From the NCBI GenBank assembly GCA_965221775.1, contig CBDCSU010000005.1, positions 320,001-384,000 of the forward strand: DNA of 64,000 bases, given 5' to 3'. Of this stretch, positions 18,773 through 28,857 are shown in pieces. The stretch is from Candidatus Latescibacterota bacterium. GTDB taxonomy: Bacteria > Latescibacterota > UBA2968 > UBA8231. The notes under the pieces were generated by a model that saw only the letters and a list, made by a program, of their open reading frames with translations, had not been told where the DNA came from and ran no database searches. Made by a program: the position numbers and the translations under genes. Each line of letters opens with the position of its first letter. Position 1 is the stretch's first letter.

Positions 18773-21700
18773 TCAGAAGTCCTTGCCCACCTCGAGGCCC
18801 AGCCCGTAGAGCTCGTACTGGGAGTGGGCGGTGACCTCGAGCAGGAGCCAGGAGGTGATCCCGTACTCGACCTCGAACTGGCCGAGGGAGGGGTCCTTGG
18901 TGATCGCCTCGTAGCGGACCCACATGGGCAGGGGCCAGGTCAGGCGCTTGCCGATGCGCACGGAGGTCTCGCCGATGGTGCCCTGGGCGGTCCCCGAGGG
19001 CAGCACCAGGAACTCGTCGAGGCCGGCCTCCTGCACCCGCCGGCCCAGCAGCAGCTGCCCGGCCGCCGTGTACAGGCCGGAGTAGTTGTACTGAGCCTCG
19101 TTGATGGTGCCGAAGGCGAGGAGGCCGAGGATCTGCCGGTCCGTGAGTCCGGGGGAGGTCCACTGCGGCGACGGGGCCAGCACCGTCCCATCCAGAGTCA
19201 GGGTCACCTCGTACTCCTCGTCGTCCTGGGGCACCTTCACCCGGGTGACCACCTCCAGGTCGAACTCGGGATCGAGGAGGATGGGCTCGTGGAACAGGTC
19301 GAGGATCGAGTAGGTCGGCACCAGCTTGTCGAGGACGACGCGCCCCCCCGGGGCGAAGGTGAAGGGCCGGCTGAGGAGGATCACCGTTCCTTCCTTGACC
19401 TCCAGCTCGCCCTGGAACCGGGGCTTGTAGAACGTCCCGTAGACCCGCACCCGTCCGTCGACGTCGAGGTCGGAGAGCTCGGACCGCGACTTCAGCTCCA
19501 CGATGTCGACGTAGACGTCCATGCCGACCCCGCCGAGGAGCGGGTCCTGCACCGCCGGCGGCGGCGGCACGGGCTCGGCCAGCTCCACGAGCTGGATCTC
19601 CGACAGGGACCGGTCGAGGAGGACGCTCCCCTTCACCAGGGAACCCTCCGGCTCGCCCGTCAGGGCCAGGTCGACATCGACCCGGGGAGCCGCGAAGTAG
19701 TCGCTGTAGTAGTAGGGAAACCTCCCCGACAGGCGGACCTCGTAGTCGATCTCCTCGACGCTGTCGACGTCGAGCCACCCCTCCATCCGCACCTGCCCGC
19801 CGCCCCGGGTGGGGCGGCCCTCGAGGCCGGCAAGCTCGCCGCGGGTCCCGCCCCCGGCCTTCGGCGTCAGGACGAGACGGCCCCCGGGGAAGCGGTACCC
19901 CGGCCGGACGTCGATGAGGGAGAACCCCAGGTCCTCGACCTCCACCTGCCCGGCGATCCGCGGCCGCGAGTGGAGGGAGTCGGCCGCCAGGTCGAAACGC
20001 ACGCGGCCCGACAGGCTCTCCAGCGGCACCAGGTCGAGGAGGATCAGCAGGTCGATGCCCTCGGACCGCGCCGCCAGGGACAGCCCCTCCCAGAGGGGCC
20101 GGCCCGCGGCGAGGGGGACGGCGGCGGTCACCACCAGGCTGTCCTCCACGGGGGTCACCCAGGCGGCGCGGGCGGAGCCGCCGCCGGCGCCGGACGACAG
20201 CCGCGCCTTCAGGTAGCCGAGACCGTCGAGGTCGACGAAAGCCTCCGAGCCCACCCGGAGCCCTTCCTCGCCCGGGACGACCTCGAGGCTCCCGTCGAGC
20301 CGGCCCGGCGGCAGGGCGGGGGCCCCGGGGACGGCGAGGGTCAGCGCCTCCAGGTCGAGGTCGGCGAGACGCAGCCGGATCCCGCCCGCGCCCTCGCCGG
20401 CTCCACCGTCCAGGACCAGGCTCCCGGCCTCCTCGAGGTGTCCTGCTGCCGCCCGTCTCCAACCATGGTCGACCCGGTCCGGGGATACTTCCAGATCGGG
20501 GTCGCGCCGGAAGACGAGCACGGGCAGCTCGAAGCCCTCGATCCTCGGGCGGCCCCGGGACAGGTGCACGGAGGCCGGTTGCGGGAGGGCCAGGCGCAGC
20601 CGCTCCCGCTCCAGGACCAGCTCGCCGAGTTGCAGGCTCCCCGCCGCATCGGTCCAGCCGAAGCCCTCGAGCAACGCGCCCGCCGGCAGGGAGAGGTCGG
20701 CCCCGGCGCTCAGCCGCAGGCCGGTGGAGTCCTCGAGGATGTGGGTCGCCAGCCACGAGGCGTCGAGGCCCTCGGCCCGCAGCCGCAGCCGCAGGCTGTC
20801 GCCGTCGGCGGCTCCCCCCTCGACCGCGGAGGCCGGCGACGCCAGCCGCAGGGCCAGCTGCCCGGCCTTCGAGGTGTCCTGCCGCAGCTCGAGGAAGACC
20901 CGGAGGCTGTCCCCGAGGTCCAGGGTGGCGCGCACGGCGCCGATGGAACGTCCGTGGAGAGCGAGTTCCTCGAGGTACGCCCGGAGGGCGAAGTCCGGGT
21001 CCGTGAGATCCCCCTGCGCCCGCAGGAGCGCCCGCCCCCGGGCGGTGAGGCCGGCCACGCCGGTGGACTCCACCGAGTCGAGGCCCGCCGTGAGGTCCAG
21101 CTGGCCGTTGTCGACCCTGGCTCTGACGCTGACCTCCCCCAGGGGCGTGCGCACGCGGCTGGGCTTCAGGAGGCCGCGGCCCTCGGCGTACTCCAGGACC
21201 GAGGGCCCGCCCAGGGACACGGGCCAGCCGCCGAGGGAGCCCGACGCCCCGTCGATGCGCACCCGCAGGGAGCCGGCCAGCGGGTCGTGGAGATCTCCGG
21301 AGGCCGCCGCCCGGCCGCCGAGGACGCGCACGGAATCGGAGGCGCCGGCGCGCCGCAGGACGGCGTTCCGCAGGGAGGCGCTCCCCCGGGCCCGCCCCGC
21401 GGTATCGACCCTGGCCCGCAGGTCGACGCCGGGAGCCGTTGCCGTCAACTCCAGGGCGCCCTCGGCGTAGTCGGCGTCGACGGCCGTCGGGCCCAGGCTC
21501 CATCCGGCGACGCGCAGGTCGTCCACCTGCAGCTGCATGCCCCCCCGCCCCTGCGCCCCCAGGAGGCCGTCCACGGACGCGGTCCCCGTCGCCGCCCCCT
21601 CGACCATCGACACAAGCCGGGACAGGTCCAGGCCCAGGACCGCGGCCGACAGGGTGTCCAGCTGCGGCGAGGCGAGGTCGGTGCCGAGGCGGGCGCGCAA

Positions 21701-23137
21701 CCGCCCCGTGCCCAGGCGCAGGGCGAGGTCGAGGTGGCGGAAGTCGCGCAGGGCCGCCTCCGCCACCAGGGGTCCGGGCAGGTCGAGGCCGCAGGGGAGG
21801 TGCTCCGACCGCAGCCGCAGGTCGAGGACCTCCGGCCGCCAGCGGCCGCGCACCGACGCGGGCAGGACCGTCCCGAGCCAGGACCCGACGTCGAGATCTC
21901 CGTCCAGAAGCAGGTCGTAGGTCTCCCACGACAGGCCGCCCGAGGCGGTCAGCTCGCCCAGTTGCGGGCTCCTCGCCGTGAGCCGCAGCGCTGCGTCCTC
22001 CAGCGACCCGTCGAGGTACAGATCGACCGGCCCGGGGGCGATCCCCTCCATGGCGGCCACCCGCAGGTCCAGGGAGGCCCGCGGGGAGTCGAGAGCACCG
22101 TCCACGGTCACGCGGCCGTGCGCCGTGCCGCCGTATCCCTCGACAGGCAGCCGCCTCAGGTCGACCTCCCGGAAGTCCACCTCGATCCCGAGGCTCCCGG
22201 GACCCGTCCGGTAGGCGCCGCCGGCGACGAGGCGGCCCCCCGCCACCCGCAGCCGCAGTGAGTCGGCCCGGATCTCCGAGGTGTCCAGGCGCCCGGCCAG
22301 GGCCAGGCCGACGTCCCCGAGATCCGGGTCCCTTCCCTCGCCGTGGGCGCGCACCTCGATCCGCACCGGTGACGCCGTCCCCCGGGCGGCGATCTCCAGC
22401 GTGTCCACCTGCATCGACCCGGCCCGGCCCTCCAGCCCCAGGTGGAGATCGAAGGTCACGGCCTGGCCGAGACCAACCCTTCCGCTCGCCCTCGCCGTGC
22501 CCTGACCGACATCGGCGGCCCCCCAGGCGATGCGGGCTTCCTCCAGGGCCATCTCGTCCGGCCCCAGGCGCCAGCGCGAGCTCAGCCGGCCGTCCGCCAG
22601 GGTGGAATCGGAGACCACCGACCAGGACCCGGCCAGCAGATCGAGGATGGCTTCCGACGGCGATTCTCCGGGAGCCAGGCGGGCCTCGATGCCACGGAAC
22701 GCGGCGGACGGGCCGTCATCGGGCTCTATCTCGAAGACCCCCCCGTCCACGTCGATCCGCGGCAGGTCGGCTATCGGCAGAAGGAGGGGTGCGCCGGATG
22801 CGGTTCCCTGTCCGCCGACTCCGGCGGCGGTACCGGCACCTGCCCCCGGGCGCCAGCGGACCTCCGGCGCCCGCAGCGACAGGCGCCAGTCCCACGGGTA
22901 CAGGACCAGCTCGTCCACCCGGGCCTCCAGGCCCTCGGAGAGCTCGGCCCGCAGGTCGCCGAACCGCGGCGAGGCCGCCAGCACGCCGCCGGTCTCGCCG
23001 ATGCGCAGGGAACAGCCGCGCGACGCGGCGGCCCACTCGGCCGCCCGGGCGGTGAGCCACACGCCGCCGGGGGTCGCCAGCAGCGCCACCGCCGCCGCGG
23101 CCAACGCCCCGATCGCGCCCAGGAGAGGTGGAGCCAC
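18773..23137 (-). CDS. tamB: Translocation and assembly module TamB (AsmA/DUF490)
   Basis: N-terminal anchor, long beta-taco repeats, DUF490-like C-terminus (PRFQGELEVKEG, SPGLTDRQILGLLAFG, IGKRL). Confidence 0.8.
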   Translation of the reverse strand: MAPPLLGAIGALAAAAVALLATPGGVWLTARAAEWAAASRGCSLRIGETGGVLAASPRFGDLRAELSEGLEARVDELVLYPWDWRLSLRAPEVRWRPGAGAGTAAGVGGQGTASGAPLLLPIADLPRIDVDGGVFEIEPDDGPSAAFRGIEARLAPGESPSEAILDLLAGSWSVVSDSTLADGRLSSRWRLGPDEMALEEARIAWGAADVGQGTARASGRVGLGQAVTFDLHLGLEGRAGSMQVDTLEIAARGTASPVRIEVRAHGEGRDPDLGDVGLALAGRLDTSEIRADSLRLRVAGGRLVAGGAYRTGPGSLGIEVDFREVDLRRLPVEGYGGTAHGRVTVDGALDSPRASLDLRVAAMEGIAPGPVDLYLDGSLEDAALRLTARSPQLGELTASGGLSWETYDLLLDGDLDVGSWLGTVLPASVRGRWRPEVLDLRLRSEHLPCGLDLPGPLVAEAALRDFRHLDLALRLGTGRLRARLGTDLASPQLDTLSAAVLGLDLSRLVSMVEGAATGTASVDGLLGAQGRGGMQLQVDDLRVAGWSLGPTAVDADYAEGALELTATAPGVDLRARVDTAGRARGSASLRNAVLRRAGASDSVRVLGGRAAASGDLHDPLAGSLRVRIDGASGSLGGWPVSLGGPSVLEYAEGRGLLKPSRVRTPLGEVSVRARVDNGQLDLTAGLDSVESTGVAGLTARGRALLRAQGDLTDPDFALRAYLEELALHGRSIGAVRATLDLGDSLRVFLELRQDTSKAGQLALRLASPASAVEGGAADGDSLRLRLRAEGLDASWLATHILEDSTGLRLSAGADLSLPAGALLEGFGWTDAAGSLQLGELVLERERLRLALPQPASVHLSRGRPRIEGFELPVLVFRRDPDLEVSPDRVDHGWRRAAAGHLEEAGSLVLDGGAGEGAGGIRLRLADLDLEALTLAVPGAPALPPGRLDGSLEVVPGEEGLRVGSEAFVDLDGLGYLKARLSSGAGGGSARAAWVTPVEDSLVVTAAVPLAAGRPLWEGLSLAARSEGIDLLILLDLVPLESLSGRVRFDLAADSLHSRPRIAGQVEVEDLGFSLIDVRPGYRFPGGRLVLTPKAGGGTRGELAGLEGRPTRGGGQVRMEGWLDVDSVEEIDYEVRLSGRFPYYYSDYFAAPRVDVDLALTGEPEGSLVKGSVLLDRSLSEIQLVELAEPVPPPPAVQDPLLGGVGMDVYVDIVELKSRSELSDLDVDGRVRVYGTFYKPRFQGELEVKEGTVILLSRPFTFAPGGRVVLDKLVPTYSILDLFHEPILLDPEFDLEVVTRVKVPQDDEEYEVTLTLDGTVLAPSPQWTSPGLTDRQILGLLAFGTINEAQYNYSGLYTAAGQLLLGRRVQEAGLDEFLVLPSGTAQGTIGETSVRIGKRLTWPLPMWVRYEAITKDPSLGQFEVEYGITSWLLLEVTAHSQYELYGLGLEVGKDF

Positions 23138-23155
23138 GGAGCGGTCCGCCGCGCC

Positions 23156-23977
23156 TCAGCGCAGCCGGGTCAGCTGCGCCGAGGGCCGGAAGAGCGAGTC
23201 GGGAAGGGCTTCCTGCGAGAGCCGCAGGACCTTGCGCGAGAGCCGCAGGAGCTGCTTCTCGGCGCCCGATCCGGCGGCGGTGAAGACATCCAGCCGGGAG
23301 CTCATCGGGAATCCCTCGAGCGCCTCCAGCTCCTGCTCCAGGCGCCCTGGATCTTCCAGGCCCTCGCCCAACCCGCCCCCGAAGGCGAGGGGCGCCAGCG
23401 AGGTGCGCGCCTTCTGCAGGCGCTGGAAGGAGGTGATCTCCTCGTAGCCGGGGAATCCCGCGGCCATCCACGCCTGGTAGAGGTAGCGGTTGGTGCGCCT
23501 CACCTGGCGCGTGCCCGGCCGGAAGTGGCGGGCCGTCATCTCCACCGCCACCCGGCCGCAGAGGATGCCGGCGATCTCCATGCTGTCGGGAAGGGCGCGC
23601 GTGCGGAAGGAGATCTCCCGGTTCGGATCCTCCCTTGGGCTCGCCGCCGCCGGCCTGGCGGCCGGCAGGGACGCTTGACGGACGGTCAAGGCGGTGCGGT
23701 CGATGTCGTACATCCGGCCCTGGTCCAGGCGCAGGATCGTCGTGGACCGCAGGCTCTTCCCCTGGCTCACCAGCACCCTGGCCATCCGCTCCGAGGTCTC
23801 GATGTCGGCGCTGACGCGCTGCTTCGGGCCCTGGATGTAGACCTGGTACACGGTTCGCCGGGCGCCGCTCTGGCCCGGTCCTGCGCCGGTGTGAACGACC
23901 TCCTCCTCGTAGAAGATGTCGGCCTGGGCCGCCAGGGCACCGGCCAGCAATGCAACCGCCAGGTGGAGCTGCCTCAT
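23156..23977 (-). CDS. Secreted hypothetical protein (DUF4412-like)
   Basis: Signal peptide AQA; TILRLDQGRMYDID, EIAGILC, GFPM, LPDSLFRP. Confidence 0.55.
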   Translation of the reverse strand: MRQLHLAVALLAGALAAQADIFYEEEVVHTGAGPGQSGARRTVYQVYIQGPKQRVSADIETSERMARVLVSQGKSLRSTTILRLDQGRMYDIDRTALTVRQASLPAARPAAASPREDPNREISFRTRALPDSMEIAGILCGRVAVEMTARHFRPGTRQVRRTNRYLYQAWMAAGFPGYEEITSFQRLQKARTSLAPLAFGGGLGEGLEDPGRLEQELEALEGFPMSSRLDVFTAAGSGAEKQLLRLSRKVLRLSQEALPDSLFRPSAQLTRLR

Positions 23978-24124
23978 GGTCGGGCTCCGTCGGTGACTGG
24001 ATGGAGAAGGCAGAATATAGGCAGGCAGGGGAGAGGAGCACCCTGCCGGGCGGTGGACCGCGGCTTCCGGCTCAGGCGTACGTGTGGGACCGCAACGCGC
24101 CGGACCGATGGGCCGGCTCTCCTG

Positions 24125-24517
24125 TCAGCGGATGCCGATCGTCTCGACCCCGTGCTCCCGGAGCTGGTCGAGGAAGACGATGATCTCCTCGTACGGAAGG
24201 TCGCCGGAGCCGGTGAACATCACCTTGCGCCTGGCCTTGGATCCCGGGGGGAAGAGCACGTCGATCTTGCGCAGGAGTTCCTCCATGGTGACTTCCTTCG
24301 TGTCCAGAAGGATGCGCCTGTCCGCCGTGTACTCCACGACCGGATCCGGCTTGACCTGGCCCGAAGCCGTGCCCGCTCCCTGGGGGAGGGTGGCCGAGAG
24401 CGTCTGGAAGATGATCGGCGTGATCACCATGAAGCCGAGCAGGAGCGAAAGCGATACGTCCGCCAGGGGCGTGACGTTGATCGACGACTCGGAACGCGTG
24501 CTTCGGGTCGTGTACAT
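24125..24517 (-). CDS. exbD: ExbD/TolR family protein
   Basis: INVTPLADVSLSLLLGFMV with the essential Asp; G(V)ETIG C-terminus. Confidence 0.85.
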   Translation of the reverse strand: MYTTRSTRSESSINVTPLADVSLSLLLGFMVITPIIFQTLSATLPQGAGTASGQVKPDPVVEYTADRRILLDTKEVTMEELLRKIDVLFPPGSKARRKVMFTGSGDLPYEEIIVFLDQLREHGVETIGIR

Positions 24518-24518
24518 G

Positions 24519-24962
24519 TCAGCCTCCCCCCTTCCTCTTCCTGGCTATCAGCTCGACGCCCGAGGCGCCCGCGTTCTGGCAGATCTCGATGAGCTGCAGG
24601 ATATCGCTGTAGGGCCGGTTGCGGGCCCCCTTGATGACGACGGGAAGGTGCTCCTTGCCCCGGTACACCCGGGCCAGCTCCTCCCGCAGCCCTTCGAGGG
24701 GGACTTCGCGCATGTTCAGGTACAGGCTCCCGTCGCTCTTGCAGGAGATGACGACGTGCTCCTGGCCCTGCTCGTTGATCTCGGTCAGGTTCACCGCTTC
24801 CGGTGTGTCGACGCGAATGCCCTCCTGGATGATCGGCATGACCACCATGAACACGATGAGCAGGACCAGCGCCACGTTCACCAGGGGGGTCACGTCGGGC
24901 ATGGGGCTCTTGCGAGGCCTCGCCCGCAATGTCAGGCTGTCGAAAGCCCTCTTCTTGGCCAT
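24519..24962 (-). CDS. exbD: ExbD/TolR family protein (Asn at the usual TM Asp position)
   Basis: DVTPLVNVALVLLIVFMV. Confidence 0.8.
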   Translation of the reverse strand: MAKKRAFDSLTLRARPRKSPMPDVTPLVNVALVLLIVFMVVMPIIQEGIRVDTPEAVNLTEINEQGQEHVVISCKSDGSLYLNMREVPLEGLREELARVYRGKEHLPVVIKGARNRPYSDILQLIEICQNAGASGVELIARKRKGGG

Positions 24963-24978
24963 CGCCCAGGGCCTCCCT

Positions 24979-25671
24979 TCAGGCCGCCCGACGGGCGCGG
25001 AGCAATCGGCGGACGCAGTGGCCCGAGAGGCGGGAGGCGGCGTTGTGCAGGCCGATGGCCAGGTTGTCCACCCGGTTCATGAAGACGTTGTAGGCCCACA
25101 GGGCCGGCATGGCCACGAAGAGGCCGATGACGGTGGTCACCAGCGCCTCCGAGATGCCGGCGGAGACCGCCGCCAGTCCGCCGCCCCCGCCCGAGGCGAT
25201 CCCCCTGAAGGCCGCGATCAGTCCCGTCACCGTTCCGAAGAGCCCGAGGAACGGTGCCACCCCCACGATCGTGGCCATGCCGGGCAGGCGCACCCGCAGG
25301 TTGGCCACGGCCACGTCCAGTCCGCGGCCCACCTCGACCTCCACGCCTTCCGTCACCAGCTGGTCGGACTCCTCTTCACCCCTGAGCATGACATACTCCT
25401 TCAGGGCGCCCTCCAGCACCGTGGCCAGCGGGTTGTGACCCGCCTCCCCGGCCTGTTGCACCCGGCTGCGCAGCTCGTCGACATCGACACTGCTGTCGAT
25501 GACGGCCTCGAAGTCCGCCGCCAGCGCCTCCGACCTCTCGCGCGCCCAGCGCAGGGCCAGGGCGCGGTCGATCATCACGGCATAGGAGTAGATGGAGAGC
25601 AGGGCCAGCACGATGACCACCGTCTTGCCGGTGAAGGCCATTGCGTTCCAGAGCTCGCTCACAAGTTCCAT
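24979..25671 (-). CDS. exbB: MotA/TolQ/ExbB proton-channel protein
   Basis: APFLGLFGTVTGLI, GISEALVTTVIGLFVAMPA. Confidence 0.9.
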   Translation of the reverse strand: MELVSELWNAMAFTGKTVVIVLALLSIYSYAVMIDRALALRWARERSEALAADFEAVIDSSVDVDELRSRVQQAGEAGHNPLATVLEGALKEYVMLRGEEESDQLVTEGVEVEVGRGLDVAVANLRVRLPGMATIVGVAPFLGLFGTVTGLIAAFRGIASGGGGGLAAVSAGISEALVTTVIGLFVAMPALWAYNVFMNRVDNLAIGLHNAASRLSGHCVRRLLRARRAA

Positions 25672-25690
25672 GGGACCAGACCTCCCTTTT

Positions 25691-26545
25691 TCAGGTTCTC
25701 AATCCGGTGAAGAGCAGGTTCCTGACGATGAATCTCTGGGCCAGGAAGAACAGGACCAGCAGCGGCGCCAGGGCCACGGCGCTGGCCGCCATCAGGTAGT
25801 GCACGAAGGCGCCGCCCTCTACCTGCTGGTACATGCGCAGTCCCAGCGAGATGGGATAGCGCTCGTAGTCGGACAGGTAGATGAGGGGCATCATGAACTC
25901 CTGCCAATGCTGGATGAAGCACAAGACGCCCACCGTGAGCATGACGGGCCTGGCCAGGGGGACGAAGAGGTTCGCGTAGATGCGCAGCTCGCTGGCCCCG
26001 TCGATCCTCGCCGCATCGATCAGATCGCCGGGGATTCCCCTGAAGAACTGGCGGAAGAGGAAGACGAAGAAGGCGCTGCCCCCCAGCCAGGCGGGGACGA
26101 TGAGGGGCTTGTAGGTGTTGACCCACCCGAGGTTCTTGTAGATCAGGTAGTGAGGGATCAGCAGGACCTGCCCCGGGAGCATGAGGGTGGCCAGGAGCAA
26201 TGCGAACCACACGTCGCGGCCCCGCCACCGCAGACGGGCGAAGGCGTAGCCCACGAGGGAGCCGGCCAACAGCTGACCGGCGGTGACGGCCAGGGTGATC
26301 ACCAGGGTGTTGGCGATGAAGCGCAGGAAAGGCAGCTTGGAGAGGGCCTGCGGGTAGTTTTCCAGTTGCGGCGGCCAGTGGAGAAATGTGGGGGGAAAGC
26401 GGTAGACCTCGATGAGGGGCTTGAAGGACGCGCCCACGGCCCACACCACGGGGAAGAGGAAGACTACCGACAGGCCGATGGCCACGGCGTACAGGGCGCC
26501 TCGGAGCAGCCCGCGCCGCATGCGGTAGTACCGGCTCGATCTCAT
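25691..26545 (-). CDS. Carbohydrate ABC transporter permease (MalG-like)
   Basis: ATG at 26545 overlaps the upstream stop; EAA loop DLIDAARIDGAS. Confidence 0.9.
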   Translation of the reverse strand: MRSSRYYRMRRGLLRGALYAVAIGLSVVFLFPVVWAVGASFKPLIEVYRFPPTFLHWPPQLENYPQALSKLPFLRFIANTLVITLAVTAGQLLAGSLVGYAFARLRWRGRDVWFALLLATLMLPGQVLLIPHYLIYKNLGWVNTYKPLIVPAWLGGSAFFVFLFRQFFRGIPGDLIDAARIDGASELRIYANLFVPLARPVMLTVGVLCFIQHWQEFMMPLIYLSDYERYPISLGLRMYQQVEGGAFVHYLMAASAVALAPLLVLFFLAQRFIVRNLLFTGLRT

Positions 26546-27471
26546 CGCCCCTCCCCTTCGTAGTACACCCAGAACCGGCTCGAGCGGAAGACGAGGGCGG
26601 TAAAGGCCATGATGATGACGAAGAGGATCCACGACAGGGCGCTCGCATAGCCGATCTCGAAGTCGCCGAAGGCCTTGTTGTACAGGTACAGCACGTAGAA
26701 CAGGGTCGCCTTGTTGGGCCCCCCCTCGGTCATGAGGAAGGCCTGCGTGAAGACCTGGAAGGAGCCGATGATGCCCATGACGAGGTTGAAGAACAGGGCC
26801 GGCGAGATCTGCGGCACGGTGACGAAGGCGAACTTCCGCCAGCTGCCGGCCCCGTCCAGCTCGGCGGCTTCGTACAGGGACTCCGGGACGTTCTGCAGGG
26901 CCGCGAGGAAGATCAGCATCGAGGCGCCGATGCCCCACAGGCTCATGAGGATGAGGGCGGGCTTGGCCCACAGGTCGCTGAAGATCCACTTGGGAAGGGG
27001 CCACCCGGCCGCTTGCTCCAGGCCCAGGGCCGCGAGCAGGTGCCAGGCCCGCAGGAGGACCGAGTTGAGCAGCCCGTACTCCGGGTTGAAGACCCAGAGC
27101 CACATCATGATCGTCGCCACCCCCCCCACCAGGGCCGGCATGTAGAAGATGGTGCGGAACAGGGCGATGCCGCGCAGGGGCTGGTTCAGGAGGAGGGCCA
27201 GAAGGAGGGCCACGGCCAGACCCATGGGTACGCTGATGAAGCTGTAGAAGGCGGTGTTCCACAGGGCGACGGCCACGTCGGGATCGGCGGCGGCCCGGGC
27301 GTAGTTGCCCAGTCCCACCCAGGCGATCGTCTCCGTGCTGATCCCGTCCCAGCGGATGAAGGCCAGCAGGAAGGAGACGACCATGGGGCCCAGGGCCAGG
27401 CCGAAGAAGCCGATGATCCAGGGCATCGCAAAGAGGTAGCCCGTCATGCTCTCGCGGGTCCGCAGGTTCAT
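26542..27471 (-). CDS. Carbohydrate ABC transporter permease (MalF-like)
   Basis: LYEAAELDGA; GSFQVF; GYASAL. Confidence 0.9.
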   Translation of the reverse strand: MNLRTRESMTGYLFAMPWIIGFFGLALGPMVVSFLLAFIRWDGISTETIAWVGLGNYARAAADPDVAVALWNTAFYSFISVPMGLAVALLLALLLNQPLRGIALFRTIFYMPALVGGVATIMMWLWVFNPEYGLLNSVLLRAWHLLAALGLEQAAGWPLPKWIFSDLWAKPALILMSLWGIGASMLIFLAALQNVPESLYEAAELDGAGSWRKFAFVTVPQISPALFFNLVMGIIGSFQVFTQAFLMTEGGPNKATLFYVLYLYNKAFGDFEIGYASALSWILFVIIMAFTALVFRSSRFWVYYEGEGR

Positions 27472-28850
27472 TGCGATCCCTTCACCCCGGGCATGATGAA
27501 CCGGTCGGAGAGGTGGACGTTGCGCACAAGGTCCAGAAGGGTCCGGCGCGGAGACTGCCGGTCATCGAGCATCAGGTCGACCTCGCTCGACACCTCCCGG
27601 GACATGAGGACCCAGTTCAGCGTGATCGGCTGGAAGCGAGAGTACCCCAGGGCCTCGATGAAACGCCCGGCGCGGACCTGCGGGTTGGCGTCGATGAAGG
27701 CCGGCCCCGCCGCCTTGAGGGCGGGAATCGAGCGCTGGTAGCGGGCCACGATCCCCTGGGCCTCCAGGCCGAGTACGAAGTGGATGAACCTCCAGGCCTC
27801 GTCCTTCTTCCGCGATCCGCTGAACATGACCAGGGCATCCCACGTCACCCGGGTGGCCCGCCCCCCCGGACCGGACGGCGTGTGGGCCACATCGTAGCGC
27901 ACCCCGGCGGCGTTGAGGGGCGGCATCGCCCACGGGCCGTTCACCTGCATCGCCACCCGGCCCGTCATGAAGGCCACGCTCTCGGTCTCCCCCAGCTCGT
28001 CCCGGTGGGGCGCCACGTGGTAGCGGTGACGCAGGTCCTGCCAGAAGGCGAAGGAGGCCTCGGCCTCGGGGCCCCACAGGCGCCAATGGCGCCGGGTCGG
28101 GTCGAGGTACCTGCCGCCGTGGGCGAAGTGGAAGGGCATCCAGTAGACCCAGGAGGGGACCAGGAAGGCGTAGCGGTCCATGCGGCCGTCGCCGTCGGTG
28201 TCCGCCGTGAGGCGGCGGCAGGTGGCGAGGAACTCGTCCAGGGTCCAGCGGTCCGGCGGCTCCGGCAACCCGGCCTCGCGGAAGGCGTCGCGGTTGTAGA
28301 GGATCAGGCAGTTGCCGCCGAAGACGGGAATCCCGTGGGTCCGGCCATCGACCTGGAAGTGGGCCACCGAGGTCTCGAAGAAGTCGCTCTCCAGGTCCAG
28401 CCCCAGACCCGGTTGCCGGCAGTACGCGTCGAGGGCCTCGAACTTGCCGCTGGAGACGAAGCGCGGGAACGGCTCGTCCTGGAACATCATGACGTCCGGC
28501 GCCTCGTCGGCGAGCAGGAGCTGCTGGATCTTCTCGCTGTAGCGGTCGGTGATGTACTCCCGCTTGACGCTGATCTCCGGGTGGCGCCGCCGGAAGGCCT
28601 CGATGATCTCCCCCCACATCTGGTGCTCGCGGTAGGAGCCCCAGTAGGCGAAGCGCAGGGCCGACTCCTTCTCGGCGTAGTAGAAGGCGTAGGTGTCGCT
28701 GAACATCCAGAAGCAGGCGCCTGCGCAGAACAGCCCGAAGGACCCCCAGCCCATGGGGCGGGAGACGCCCAGGGCCCCGGCCCGTCCCGCCAGGCAGGCC
28801 GCACCCCCGGCCACCGCGGCCAGCATCCACAGGACCCATTCGCTCATCAT
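27468..28850 (-). CDS. Sugar ABC transporter substrate-binding protein with two N-terminal hydrophobic helices
   Basis: APDV, YNRDAF...WTLDEF, FMTGRVAM...GPW. Confidence 0.85.
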   Translation of the reverse strand: MMSEWVLWMLAAVAGGAACLAGRAGALGVSRPMGWGSFGLFCAGACFWMFSDTYAFYYAEKESALRFAYWGSYREHQMWGEIIEAFRRRHPEISVKREYITDRYSEKIQQLLLADEAPDVMMFQDEPFPRFVSSGKFEALDAYCRQPGLGLDLESDFFETSVAHFQVDGRTHGIPVFGGNCLILYNRDAFREAGLPEPPDRWTLDEFLATCRRLTADTDGDGRMDRYAFLVPSWVYWMPFHFAHGGRYLDPTRRHWRLWGPEAEASFAFWQDLRHRYHVAPHRDELGETESVAFMTGRVAMQVNGPWAMPPLNAAGVRYDVAHTPSGPGGRATRVTWDALVMFSGSRKKDEAWRFIHFVLGLEAQGIVARYQRSIPALKAAGPAFIDANPQVRAGRFIEALGYSRFQPITLNWVLMSREVSSEVDLMLDDRQSPRRTLLDLVRNVHLSDRFIMPGVKGSQ

Positions 28851-28857
28851 GGACAGC

